Source: an uncultured Holophagales bacterium (lineage in GTDB: Bacteria; Acidobacteriota; Thermoanaerobaculia; Multivoradales; UBA5704). From it: a stretch of 21,723 bases of DNA. The stretch spans positions 1 through 21,723 of the forward strand of contig CAWJGT010000028.1 of NCBI GenBank assembly GCA_963842525.1. Direction: 5' to 3'. The notes under the pieces are model-generated. The model saw nothing but the letters and a program-made list of their open reading frames with translations, was not told where the DNA came from and did no database searches. Made by a program: the position numbers and the translations under genes. Numbering within the stretch: position 1 is the first letter of the stretch; each line of letters opens with the position of its first letter. This document shows positions 1-8,995 of this stretch, one piece after another.

Positions 1-66
1 GTCTTTTTTGTCCTTGGGAGGGTCCTTCCCTTCCCCGGCCAGTCGGAGTACCATGGCGGCGCTTTC

Positions 67-1731
67 ATGGTTCCCTTGGCCCAAATCTTCCGCGGCCGTC
101 CGGCCAGGCTCCGGTTTCCCGGCGTGCTCGCCATCGCGCTCCTTGCGGGTTGCGGGCGGGACGAGACCGACGCGCCGCAGGTCCCGACGGCGCAGGGGCC
201 GCGCCGCGGCGGCACCGTCGTCACCGGCTGGGGCGCCGAGCCCTCCGGCGTCAACGAGTACATCACGCCGTCCACCAATGCCACCAACGAGGTCCTGTTC
301 CTGATCTTCCGGCACCTGCTCGAAGAGCAGCCGGATTTCTTCACCGGCCCGCCGAGCCTGACACCGCAGCTCGCGACGTCCTACGAATGGTCGGACGACC
401 ACAAGACGCTCACCTTCCACCTGCGGAAGGACGCGGTCTGGAGCGACGGCGTGCCACTCACCGCCGAGGACGTGCGCTGGAGCTGGCAGGCCCAGATGGA
501 CCCTGACGTCGCGTGGGACAGCGCCTACATGAAGGCCGAGATCACGGACGTCGAGGCGGTCGATCCCCACACGGTCCGCTTTCATTTCCGGCGCGCCTAT
601 GCCAAGCAGATCCTGGACGCCAACGAAGGGGTGATCCTCCCCCGACACGTCTGGAGCAAGCTCCCCTTCTCCAAATGGCGGGAGAGCGCCGACTGGTTCA
701 AGCAGAACCTGGTGACGGCCGGCCCCTTCAAGATCCATTCATGGACACCCCAGCAGGAGCTCGTGCTGGCGCGCAACGATCGGTATTACGAAAAAGACCG
801 CCCCTATCTCGACCGGGTCGTCATGCGTTTCCTGCCGGACCCGAGCACCCAGATGACCCAGCTCCTGAATGGCGAGCTCGACTTCGTGTTCCAGATCGCT
901 CCGTCCGACGCGCAACGGATCCTCGCCGCGCCGCACCTCCAACTGGTCCCGTTCTGGTCGAACCTCTCCGTCGTGGTGACCTGGAACCTGACCGACCCGC
1001 TCTTCTCCGACCCCGAGGTGCGGCGGGCCCTCACCCTGGCCCTCGACCGCCAAGCCATCGTCGAGACGATCCTCGGCCGGTATGGCCGGGTCGGCAGCTC
1101 ACCGATCGTCAGCGACGTCTGGGCGCACGACCGGTCCATCAAGCCGCTCCCCTACGACCCCGCCGAGGCGCGCCGCATCCTGGCCGCCAAGGGGTGGCGC
1201 GACAGCAACGGGGACGGCATCCTCGACCGCAACGGCAAGCCGTTCGCCTTCGAGATCAGCACCAATACGAACAACCAGCAGCGTGCCGACTCGCTGGTCA
1301 TGATCCAGGACCAGCTCAAGAAGGTAGGTATCCAGGCCACGCCCCGCATCCTGGAGTTCAATACCCTGACGGCGCAGACCAACAGCGGCGACTTTCAGGC
1401 CGCGGTGGTCGGCTTCGTCATGGACACCAGCCTCGACCTCACCGGCAACTACCAGAGCCGGGCGATCCCCCCGAACGGGTCGAACTCCATGCGCTATGCC
1501 AACCCCGAGGTCGACCGGCTCATGGACGAGGTGGCCGCCGCGCCGGATCTGCGCGCGGTCCTGACCCAGATCCATGCGCTCGAACGGATCATCGTCCGCG
1601 ACCAGCCGGTCACCTTCCTCTGGGAATCGCAGCGGCTGGCGGTGGTCAGCAAGCGGACCCACGACGCGAATCCGAACCAGTTGCGCGGGTTCTTCAACCT
1701 CAAGGACTGGTGGGTCGAGCCGCGGCCGTGA
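67..1731 (+). CDS. ABC transporter peptide/nickel-family (family 5, OppA/DppA-like) substrate-binding lipoprotein
   Basis: 554 aa; lipobox LLAGC; family-5 motifs (LATSYEWSDDHKTLTFHLRKDAVWSDGVPLTAEDV, GPFKI, DPEVRRALTLALDR); DSNGDG Ca-binding-like loop; followed by two permeases. Confidence 0.93.
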   Translation: MVPLAQIFRGRPARLRFPGVLAIALLAGCGRDETDAPQVPTAQGPRRGGTVVTGWGAEPSGVNEYITPSTNATNEVLFLIFRHLLEEQPDFFTGPPSLTPQLATSYEWSDDHKTLTFHLRKDAVWSDGVPLTAEDVRWSWQAQMDPDVAWDSAYMKAEITDVEAVDPHTVRFHFRRAYAKQILDANEGVILPRHVWSKLPFSKWRESADWFKQNLVTAGPFKIHSWTPQQELVLARNDRYYEKDRPYLDRVVMRFLPDPSTQMTQLLNGELDFVFQIAPSDAQRILAAPHLQLVPFWSNLSVVVTWNLTDPLFSDPEVRRALTLALDRQAIVETILGRYGRVGSSPIVSDVWAHDRSIKPLPYDPAEARRILAAKGWRDSNGDGILDRNGKPFAFEISTNTNNQQRADSLVMIQDQLKKVGIQATPRILEFNTLTAQTNSGDFQAAVVGFVMDTSLDLTGNYQSRAIPPNGSNSMRYANPEVDRLMDEVAAAPDLRAVLTQIHALERIIVRDQPVTFLWESQRLAVVSKRTHDANPNQLRGFFNLKDWWVEPRP

Positions 1732-1756
1732 CCGTGCTCCCTCGCGGCGAGGACCG

Positions 1757-2737
1757 TTGACCGGCTTCCTCCTGCGGCGCTTCGCCGCCTCGCTGCTCCT
1801 CCTCTGGCTGGTTCTCACCGTCGTCTTCTTCCTGGTCCACATCGCGCCGGGTGATCCGGTGGACAGCCTGCTCGCGGATTCGCGCATCGTCAGCGTGGAG
1901 CAGCGGCAGGCCCTGGTCCGTGCCCTCGGGCTGGACCGCCCCGTCCACGAGCAGTACTTCCTGTGGCTGGGGAAGGTGGTGCGCGGCGACTGGGGCATCT
2001 CGTTCGCGCAGCAGCGGCCGGTGGCGACCGCGATCGCCGAGGCGCTCCCGGCCACCCTCCTCCTGACCGGCGCGGCGCTCCTGGTCGAGTACGTGGTGGC
2101 CCTGCTGCTCGGCGTCGCCGCCGCCCGGCGGCCCGGGAGCGTCCTGGACCATGTCATCCGCGTGGTCTCACTCTTCTTCAATGCGCAGCCACCCTTCTGG
2201 CTCGGCCTCATGGCGATCCTTCTGTTCGCATATGTCTGGCCCGTGATGCCGTCCGGTCAACTGCACTCGGTCGACGCGGACCAGATGGGCCCTCTCGGGC
2301 GGCTGCTCGACCTGGCCCGCCACCTGGCGCTCCCGGCGCTGGTGCTCGGCCTGTTTGCGGCGGGCTCGACGGTCCGCTTCGTGCGCGCCAGCCTGCTCGA
2401 GGTGCTGCACCGGGACTACGTCCGCACCGCCCGCGCCAAGGGGCTCTCCGAGCGCCGGGTGCTCTGGGTCCACGCCCTGCGCAACGCCCTGACGCCGGTC
2501 ATCCAGATCTTCGCCCTGACGCTGCCGAGCCTGCTGAGCGGCTCGCTGGTCACCGAGACCGTCTTCGCCCTCCCCGGCATCGGCCGGCTCACCTTCTCGG
2601 CCATCCTCGCCCGCGATACGCCGCTGATCCTGGGCACCACCGCCTTGGCCGGCGCGACGGTGGTCCTCGGCAACCTGCTGGCGGACGTCCTCCAGGTCCT
2701 GGCCGATCCGACCCAGCGGCGAGAGCGCGATGCGTAG
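1757..2737 (+). CDS. ABC transporter permease (OppB/DppB-like)
   Basis: TTG start with GAGGA upstream; APGDP, GDWGISF and EAA-loop DYVRTARAKGLSERRVLWVHALRNA motifs. Confidence 0.92.
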   Translation: MTGFLLRRFAASLLLLWLVLTVVFFLVHIAPGDPVDSLLADSRIVSVEQRQALVRALGLDRPVHEQYFLWLGKVVRGDWGISFAQQRPVATAIAEALPATLLLTGAALLVEYVVALLLGVAAARRPGSVLDHVIRVVSLFFNAQPPFWLGLMAILLFAYVWPVMPSGQLHSVDADQMGPLGRLLDLARHLALPALVLGLFAAGSTVRFVRASLLEVLHRDYVRTARAKGLSERRVLWVHALRNALTPVIQIFALTLPSLLSGSLVTETVFALPGIGRLTFSAILARDTPLILGTTALAGATVVLGNLLADVLQVLADPTQRRERDA

Positions 2738-3712
2738 GCTTTCTCCCACGCTCCGTTGGGGGATCGCCCTCTGCGGCGGGCTCGGGCTCCTCGCGCTCGT
2801 GGCGCCCTGGATCGCGCCCTACGATCCGGCGGAGCAGCTCGACCCGGCCGTGGCCGCCTACCGGCCGCCCGGCACGGTCCTCCCGGCGGTGCACTTGGCG
2901 GACGGGAGCTGGCGCCTGGTCGAGCGCGCCGAACGCATTCCCGGCGGTCTGCGGATCGAACGCCAGGGGGAGACGAAGAGCTCGCCGAGGCCGATGTCGT
3001 CAATCTCACGCCGGACGGGGTGGCCGACCGCCGCCGCTTCCTCCTGGGGAGCGACAAGTTCGGGCGCGATCTTGTCTCACGGATGCTCTACGGCGCCCGC
3101 GTCTCCCTGGCCGTCGGGTTGCTCGCGGTGACCCTGGCCCTGAGCGTCGGCATCTCCGTGGGCGCAGCCGCCGCCCTCGGCGGGCGCTGGCTCGACGCGC
3201 TGTTGATGCGCGGCGTCGACGCCCTGCTCTCCTTCCCGTCGCTCTTCCTGCTGATCGCCGTGGTGGCCTTCTTCCGGCCGGGCACAATGATGATGGTGGC
3301 GATCCTCGGCGGGACCTCCTGGATGGGGATCAGCCGGCTGACCCGCGCCGAGATCCTCGGCCTGCGGCAGCGCGAATTCGTGCTCGCGGCGCGGACCCTG
3401 GGGCAGCACCCTTTCGCCATTTTCTGGCGCCACCTCCTGCCCAACGCCTTCACCCCGGTGCTGATCCAGGCCACCCTGTTGATCGGCGCGGTGATCCTGG
3501 CCGAATCGTCGCTCTCGTTCCTCGGCTTCGGCATCCAGCCGCCGACGCCGAGTTGGGGCAACATGGTGGCCGAGGGACGCGAGGCGCTCTCCTACGCCTG
3601 GTGGGTCGCGACCTTCCCGGGCCTGGCCATCACGCTCACCGTGATCGCCTTCAACCTCCTGGGCGAAGGCTTGCGGGATACGCTGGACCCGCACCGGGAC
3701 CTCACCTCGTAG
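2730..3712 (+). CDS. ABC transporter permease (OppC/DppC-like), frameshifted at the G-run 2966-2970
   Basis: N-part (APWIAPYDP) in the 2730 frame; C-part (LGSDKFGRD, REFVLAARTLG, PPTPSWGNM, GEGLRDTLDP) in the 2756 frame; one extra G joins them. Confidence 0.88.
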
Positions 3713-3726
3713 CCCCCAGATCCCGG

Positions 3727-3735
3727 TGTTATGCT
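3727..3735 (+). promoter_or_regulatory. Putative extended -10 promoter (TGnTATGCT) for the MFS gene
   Basis: TGTTATGCT ends 9 nt before the GTG start; no Shine-Dalgarno. Confidence 0.45.
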
Positions 3736-3744
3736 GCCCGCCTT

Positions 3745-4953
3745 GTGAGCGAGACCACAGCTCCTTTTCCTCGGAAGGCCCTGGTGCCGGTCTTCGTGAC
3801 CGTGCTGCTCGACCTGATCGGGTTCGGGATGATCATCCCGCTCCTCCCGTTCTATGCCCAACGGTTCCATGCCACGCCGGCGCAGATCGGCTGGCTCTTC
3901 GCTTCCTACAGCCTGACGCAGCTCGTCTTCGCGCCGCTCCTGGGCCGGCTGTCCGACCGCGTGGGGCGACGGCCGGTGCTGCTGGCCTCCATCGCCGGCG
4001 GGATCGCCGCCTACGTCCTCTTCGCCGAGGCGGACACGTACCTCATGCTGCTGTTGGCCCGGGCGCTCTCCGGCGTGGCGGCGTCCAACTACAGCATCGC
4101 GCAGGCCTATGTGGCGGACGTGACGCCGCCCGCGCAGCGCTCGCGGGCCATGGGCATGGTCGTGGGCGCCTCCTTCGGGCTCGGCTTCATCCTCGGCCCG
4201 GCGCTCGGCGGGCTCATCATCTGGGCGCGGCCCGGAAACCCCGGTGCCGTGCCGCTCACCGCCGCCGTGCTCGGCGCCCTCAACCTGGTGCTCGCCACGG
4301 TATGGCTCAAAGAGTCCCTTCCTCCCCAGGTCCGCGGGCGCTACCGGTGGGAGGGCTGGCTGAGCCTCGGGAGCTTTGCCGAGTCCTGGCGCGACGCCCC
4401 TGTGCGCGGCCTCTTCGTCCTGTCTTTCCTGGTCACCGTCTGCTTTTCCATGATGGAGACGAGCCTCGCCCTGTACATGCAGGCCCGCTTCGGGCTCGGG
4501 GCCGCAGCGATCCCCTGGATCTTCTCGTTCATCGGCATCATCCTGGTCGTGGTCCAGGCGGCGCTGGTGGGGCCGCTGGTCCGGCGTTTCGGCGAGCGGG
4601 CGCTGATCCAATACGGCATCGTCCTGATGGCGGCGGGTCTGCTCCTGCTGCCGGCCGCGCCGGCGCCCTGGCTGCTCCTGCCGGCTCTGTCGCTCCTGGC
4701 GGTCGGCTCGGGGATCCAGAGCCCGGCCAGCCTGGGCCTGCTGAGCCTCCTTGTCCGGGGCGACGCCCAGGGGGGCACGAGCGGCGTCTACCGCTCCTTC
4801 GGCGCTCTCGCCCGCACCCTGGGGCCGGTGGCCGGTCCGTGGCTCTTCGGGGCAGCCGGCATCCGCTGGCCGTTCTGGACCGCCGGCGGCCTGATGCTCC
4901 TCACCCTCGTCTATGCCCGGGACGTGCTGCGCCGGGTGGCCACTCCCGGGTGA
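3745..4953 (+). CDS. MFS transporter, TetA/DHA1-like drug:H+ antiporter
   Basis: LDLIGFGMIIPLLPFY, motif A GRLSDRVGRRP, motif C GFILGPALGG; about 12 hydrophobic segments; GTG start. Confidence 0.9.
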   Translation: MSETTAPFPRKALVPVFVTVLLDLIGFGMIIPLLPFYAQRFHATPAQIGWLFASYSLTQLVFAPLLGRLSDRVGRRPVLLASIAGGIAAYVLFAEADTYLMLLLARALSGVAASNYSIAQAYVADVTPPAQRSRAMGMVVGASFGLGFILGPALGGLIIWARPGNPGAVPLTAAVLGALNLVLATVWLKESLPPQVRGRYRWEGWLSLGSFAESWRDAPVRGLFVLSFLVTVCFSMMETSLALYMQARFGLGAAAIPWIFSFIGIILVVVQAALVGPLVRRFGERALIQYGIVLMAAGLLLLPAAPAPWLLLPALSLLAVGSGIQSPASLGLLSLLVRGDAQGGTSGVYRSFGALARTLGPVAGPWLFGAAGIRWPFWTAGGLMLLTLVYARDVLRRVATPG

Positions 4954-4970
4954 GCGGATTTTGTCTTCTT

Positions 4971-5025
4971 CCCCCTCTCCCGGTCGGTGGGGGGGCGATG
5001 GGAGAGGGGGGCCAGGGGGGTGAGG
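4971..5025. repeat. REP-like palindrome CCCCCTCTCCC-N18-GGGAGAGGGGG with GGGGGGTGAGG tail
   Basis: Perfect 11 bp stem 4971-4981/5000-5010 in the intergenic space; related copy at 17816-17847. Confidence 0.7.
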
Positions 5026-5027
5026 CC

Positions 5028-6062
5028 GTGCTGACCCGGGACTTCGACTACGAACTGCCGCCCGAGAGCATCGCCCAGCGCCCGGCGCCCCGCGGCGAGA
5101 GCCGCCTGCTGGTCCTCGACCGGAAAGGCCCCGAACGCCACCGCCGCATCCGCGACCTCCCGGAGCTGCTCCGTCCCGGCGACCTCCTGGTCCTGAACGA
5201 CACAAGGGTCATTCCGGCGCGCCTCTTCGGCCACCGTGTCGAAGGAGGCGGACGTGTCGAAATCCTGCTGGTCGAGAAGACCGGGGACAGCGACTGGGAC
5301 GTCCTCCTGAAGCCCGGCCGCCGCGCCCGGCCAGGTACGGTCATCGAGCTCGAGCCGGGCCTCACCGCCGAAGTCCTGGGCCGTGGCAAGGAAGGGCGTT
5401 TCCGTCTGCGCTTCTCCGAGCCGATCGAAGCCCACCTCGACCGTCTCGGCCACGTCCCGCTCCCTCCCTACATCGGCCGTCCGGACGAGCCCGCCGACCG
5501 CGACCGCTACCAGACCGTCTACGCCCAACACCCCGGAGCCATCGCCGCCCCTACCGCCGGCCTCCACTTCTCCCAGGACCTCCTGGACCAGATCGCCGCC
5601 GCTGGCATCGGCATCGCAAGAGTGACCCTCCACGTCGGCCTCGGCACCTTCAAGCCGGTCCAGGCCGAATGGATCGAGGAGCACCGCATGGAAAGGGAGC
5701 GTTACGAGATCAACGAAGAGGCCGCCGAAGCCATCCGCCAGACCCGCGCCCGGGGAGGACGGGTGGTGGCCGTGGGGACCACGGTGGTGAGGACACTCGA
5801 ATCCGCCGCGCTGGCCGGAGGCGGCGAGGTCCGGCCGGGATCGGGATCGACGGAGCTGTTCATCACCCCGGGGTTCCGCTTTCAGGCGGTGGATGTGCTG
5901 CTCACCAACTTCCACCTGCCGCGGTCGACCCTGCTCATGCTGGTTTCCGCGTTTGCCGGGAGGGAGCGGATCCTGGCCGCCTACGAGGAAGCGGTTCGGA
6001 TGGAATATCGGTTTTATTCGTATGGGGATGCAATGTTGGTTGAACGAAGGCGTAGCGCGTAG
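5028..6062 (+). CDS. queA: tRNA preQ1(34) S-adenosylmethionine ribosyltransferase-isomerase
   Basis: DFDYELP, LVLNDTRVIPARL, PLPPYI, YQTVYA, AAPTAGLHF, TNFHLPRSTLLMLVSAF, YRFYSYGDAM. Confidence 0.97.
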   Translation: MLTRDFDYELPPESIAQRPAPRGESRLLVLDRKGPERHRRIRDLPELLRPGDLLVLNDTRVIPARLFGHRVEGGGRVEILLVEKTGDSDWDVLLKPGRRARPGTVIELEPGLTAEVLGRGKEGRFRLRFSEPIEAHLDRLGHVPLPPYIGRPDEPADRDRYQTVYAQHPGAIAAPTAGLHFSQDLLDQIAAAGIGIARVTLHVGLGTFKPVQAEWIEEHRMERERYEINEEAAEAIRQTRARGGRVVAVGTTVVRTLESAALAGGGEVRPGSGSTELFITPGFRFQAVDVLLTNFHLPRSTLLMLVSAFAGRERILAAYEEAVRMEYRFYSYGDAMLVERRRSA

Positions 6063-6119
6063 AGACGCCCTAGTCCACGACCACAAACCTTTCAGTTACC
6101 ACCGCCGTCAGGGCGTCTC
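6059..6119. repeat. GTAG-type REP-like inverted repeat / possible terminator between convergent genes
   Basis: GTAG at 6059-6062 (contains the queA stop), then GAGACGCCCT (6062-6071) ... AGGGCGTCTC (6110-6119), a perfect 10 bp inverted repeat. Confidence 0.5.
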
Positions 6120-6179
6120 CAAGGCCCCAGCAACCTCCTCCGCCCCGCCAAACACCACCCCCGGCCCGATCTCATGGTC

Positions 6180-6215
6180 CAGAGATTCAGAGGACAGAGG
6201 GTTCAGAGATCAGAG
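6180..6215 (-). repeat. Five CTCTG pentamers spanning the stop codon of the NACHT/FGE gene
   Basis: CAGAG on + at 6180, 6188, 6195, 6204 and 6211. Confidence 0.65.
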
Positions 6216-8995
6216 GAGAATGGGAGAAGCACGACCCGAAACCCTACGTACCAGTTACGGCCCGGAGGACCGAACCAGTCGCGGAAGGCGCAGCGCACGT
6301 ACGACGAATCGCTGAAGTAAGCGCCGCCCCGCAACACCCGGGGGCCAGGGGCCTGCAAGTCTTCTTTCCTCTCGTCTCTCGTGTACGGGTAATCTTTCCC
6401 CAAGCTCCGCGTCCATTCCCACACGTTCCCGCTCATCTCCTCGCAGCCGTACGGGCTCACTCCCTGGTGAAAACAGCCCACCGTGCTCGTTGTCCCAAGA
6501 CCTGTCTCGTCAGTGTTGGCCCATTCCACGCCCGATTTCTCGCCCCAGGGATAGATCCTGCCGTCGGTCCCCCGCGCAGCCTTTTCCCACTCGGCCTCCG
6601 ACGGTAACGCCGGCCTCAACCTTCCCGCGGCGAGCCCCTCCCAGAAGGGCCGTTCGGCCGGCTGGGCTGCCGGCTGCTCGCGGGCCAGCTCCCGCAGCCG
6701 GTCCCCCAGCCATTCGCAGTACGCCAGGGCATCGTGCCAGGAGACCCCTCTCATCGGGTGGTTGGAAACCCCCTCCAGGCTCTCCGGTCCCGCTGCGAAA
6801 CCGCTGCTCTTCACGAAGGCACGGAACTGTTCGGCCGTCACCGGGAACCGAGAGATGTAGTAGGCCGGCAGGTCGACCTCGTGCTGAGGAGTCTCCCTCT
6901 TCTGGGCCTCGGGATCTCTCTGGGGATCGCTCCCCATGAGGAACTTTCCGGCGGGAATCTCGACGAACCCCAAAAGGGGCTCCCGCAGCAAAAACCGGTT
7001 CGGATCGAACCGCGGATCGCCCAGCCGGGCCAGCGTTGTGCCGGCCAGGGCCCGCTCGGCGGCTGGGAAGAGGTCGCTTCCCAGGAGGTACACGTGCCAC
7101 CGTTGCAGCCGTTCGAGCTTGGGCCGGTTCACCTCACCGACCTTTGTGAGATCCGCGGATTCCGCAATAGTCTGCCCGGCCAGGTGTACTCCCCAGGCGT
7201 CCTCCGGGCCGCTGGCTGGATCATCAGGCTCACGAGGACACAGGTGCTCCGCCAGCGTCCAGACCGCCGAGATCGCTCCCCGCGCCGCCTTGGCTCCAGC
7301 CAGCAGCACCACCTCGCGCCAGCGGCCCGGATCCTTGCGGCCCAGCTCCGCCACCGTCGCCGGGAACTCCTCGCCAGTCAGGTGGCAGGCGGCCAGATAC
7401 TCCTGGAAGGTGCGGTGCGGAAAGGTGTAGACCCCAATACCCCGCGGCACCAGCAGACCGGCCCGCTGGCTCAGATAGTCCACCAACTCCGCTGGGTTGG
7501 TGTCCGGATTGCGCCGCAGGCGCATCAGGCGGCCGACGAGCTCTCCCTCAGGGAGGTCCGCCGTGCCTTGGAGGTCTCCCCGGCAGTGGATCTCGAAGGC
7601 AAGGTCTTCGAGCACCTGCCGGACCTGTTCCCTGCCCACCGCCAGATGTTGCGCCAGGCTCGGCTGGATGAGCACGGTCTGCCCCTTGGCATCGCGGATC
7701 ACCCGCTGGCTCTCCCAGAGATTCAGGAGCAGCTCCACCGCGTCCTCATAAAGCTGCTCCCGCCTTTCTGGCAAGCTGCCGCCCCGCCAGGCATGCAGAC
7801 TTGCCATAAGCGTGAGGAGCAGAGGACGCTCGGCGAGCCCCCGGAGGCGGTTGCTGCCAAAGATCGCCCGCCGCAGGAGCTCGGCGCGGCCCCGCGCCTC
7901 CTCCGCCCCGATCCGGCCCACCGCAGCGGCGTGGTCATACCATCGCTGGACGAAATTCCCAATCTGGCTGTTGTCGAACGGCGCGAGCACCGCCTCAGAG
8001 AATCCCTTGAGTGCCCACCCCTGGCTCCGGTAGGCGTACGTGCGGCTGGTCAGGAGCACACGGCACTTCCCGAAGGTACGGCCGAAGTCCTCGACCGCCT
8101 GCCGGATACGTTCCCTGCGGCTCTCTGCCTCGGGCACCTCGTCCAGGCCGTCGAATAGCAGCAGACCACCTTTCTCCTGAAGCTCCTTCTTGAGAAGGGG
8201 TGCGTAATCGTCGAGACTGCTCTCTTCGAGCGTCCATTCGATGAAGCTCCACAGATGTCGCGCCGACGCGGTCTCCTCAGAAGACGGGAGCCCTCTGGCC
8301 GCGAAATCCCGCAGCACCACCCGCACAGGCAGTAGCGGGCCGTGGCTCCACGGCTGAGGCTTCTCATCCTCATCAGACAGGGGAGAGCGCAGAAGCGCCA
8401 GGTTCGCCCGGGGGCGGCCGAGGATCTCGCCGGCCAGGCACAGGGCCACGAAATTGAGGAAGGTGCTCTTGCCGCTCCCGGGGTCGCCCAGGAGTACGAG
8501 GCGCTCATGGAGATTGAGTTGTTCCAGGGCGGAACGACGTCGGCCCATATCAGGCCCCTTGAATCCCCGATAGCCTTCCTGGTCCTCCGCAGGCGACATG
8601 GTCAACAGCGCCGTGTAGACGGCCTCCAGGCTGAGGCGGGCTTCGGCCTCATTGCTGGCCGCCGCCGGATCGATGCCGGTGAGGGACAGGTCCCCGACCT
8701 GCTCCATGAGCCGGGATAGATAGGCCGAGCGCAGGGCGGCGGGATCGGCCCCGGTGGTTCCCGAGCCCAGGACGATGTTGCCCCCGACGTTCCCGCCGAC
8801 CACCACGCTCCCCGCGCCGCCCGCCAACGCACCCATCCCCTCAGCGATGGCGCCCGAGCCCTCGACCCGGGCCACTACCGACTCCTGGGCCCGCAGCATC
8901 TCGATCATCCGCTCGATCTGATTATCCGGCAGCAAACCGCGCAGGCGGGACCGGATCTCCTCATGCTCGCGGGATGGATCGGCCGGCTCACTCAC
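6203..8995 (-). CDS. NLR-like protein: N-terminal amyloid-like motif + NACHT NTPase + C-terminal FGE-sulfatase (SUMF1/EgtB/PvdO, CLec-fold) domain, 930 aa
   Basis: Walker A GDPGSGKS, NACHT Walker B LLLFDGLDEV, PLLLTL, FPHRTFQEYLAA; FGE motifs FLMGS, LPSEAEWEKAARG, YPWG, MSGNVWEW, RVLRGG, GFRVV; GTG start overlaps the upstream stop (GTGAGTGA), with GGGAG RBS. Confidence 0.9.
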   Translation of the reverse strand: MSEPADPSREHEEIRSRLRGLLPDNQIERMIEMLRAQESVVARVEGSGAIAEGMGALAGGAGSVVVGGNVGGNIVLGSGTTGADPAALRSAYLSRLMEQVGDLSLTGIDPAAASNEAEARLSLEAVYTALLTMSPAEDQEGYRGFKGPDMGRRRSALEQLNLHERLVLLGDPGSGKSTFLNFVALCLAGEILGRPRANLALLRSPLSDEDEKPQPWSHGPLLPVRVVLRDFAARGLPSSEETASARHLWSFIEWTLEESSLDDYAPLLKKELQEKGGLLLFDGLDEVPEAESRRERIRQAVEDFGRTFGKCRVLLTSRTYAYRSQGWALKGFSEAVLAPFDNSQIGNFVQRWYDHAAAVGRIGAEEARGRAELLRRAIFGSNRLRGLAERPLLLTLMASLHAWRGGSLPERREQLYEDAVELLLNLWESQRVIRDAKGQTVLIQPSLAQHLAVGREQVRQVLEDLAFEIHCRGDLQGTADLPEGELVGRLMRLRRNPDTNPAELVDYLSQRAGLLVPRGIGVYTFPHRTFQEYLAACHLTGEEFPATVAELGRKDPGRWREVVLLAGAKAARGAISAVWTLAEHLCPREPDDPASGPEDAWGVHLAGQTIAESADLTKVGEVNRPKLERLQRWHVYLLGSDLFPAAERALAGTTLARLGDPRFDPNRFLLREPLLGFVEIPAGKFLMGSDPQRDPEAQKRETPQHEVDLPAYYISRFPVTAEQFRAFVKSSGFAAGPESLEGVSNHPMRGVSWHDALAYCEWLGDRLRELAREQPAAQPAERPFWEGLAAGRLRPALPSEAEWEKAARGTDGRIYPWGEKSGVEWANTDETGLGTTSTVGCFHQGVSPYGCEEMSGNVWEWTRSLGKDYPYTRDERKEDLQAPGPRVLRGGAYFSDSSYVRCAFRDWFGPPGRNWYVGFRVVLLPFSSDL

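Noticed and set aside
1963-6062. Giant ORFs 1963..4953 and 3726..6062 as fusion proteins
   Set aside because: Only their 3' parts (MFS from 3745, queA from 5028) are protein-like; the rest is GC-rich shadow frame over real genes.
6203-6980. Active formylglycine-generating enzyme or EgtB
   Set aside because: The catalytic cysteine pair and DinB-like domain are missing; fusion to NACHT points to a binding role.
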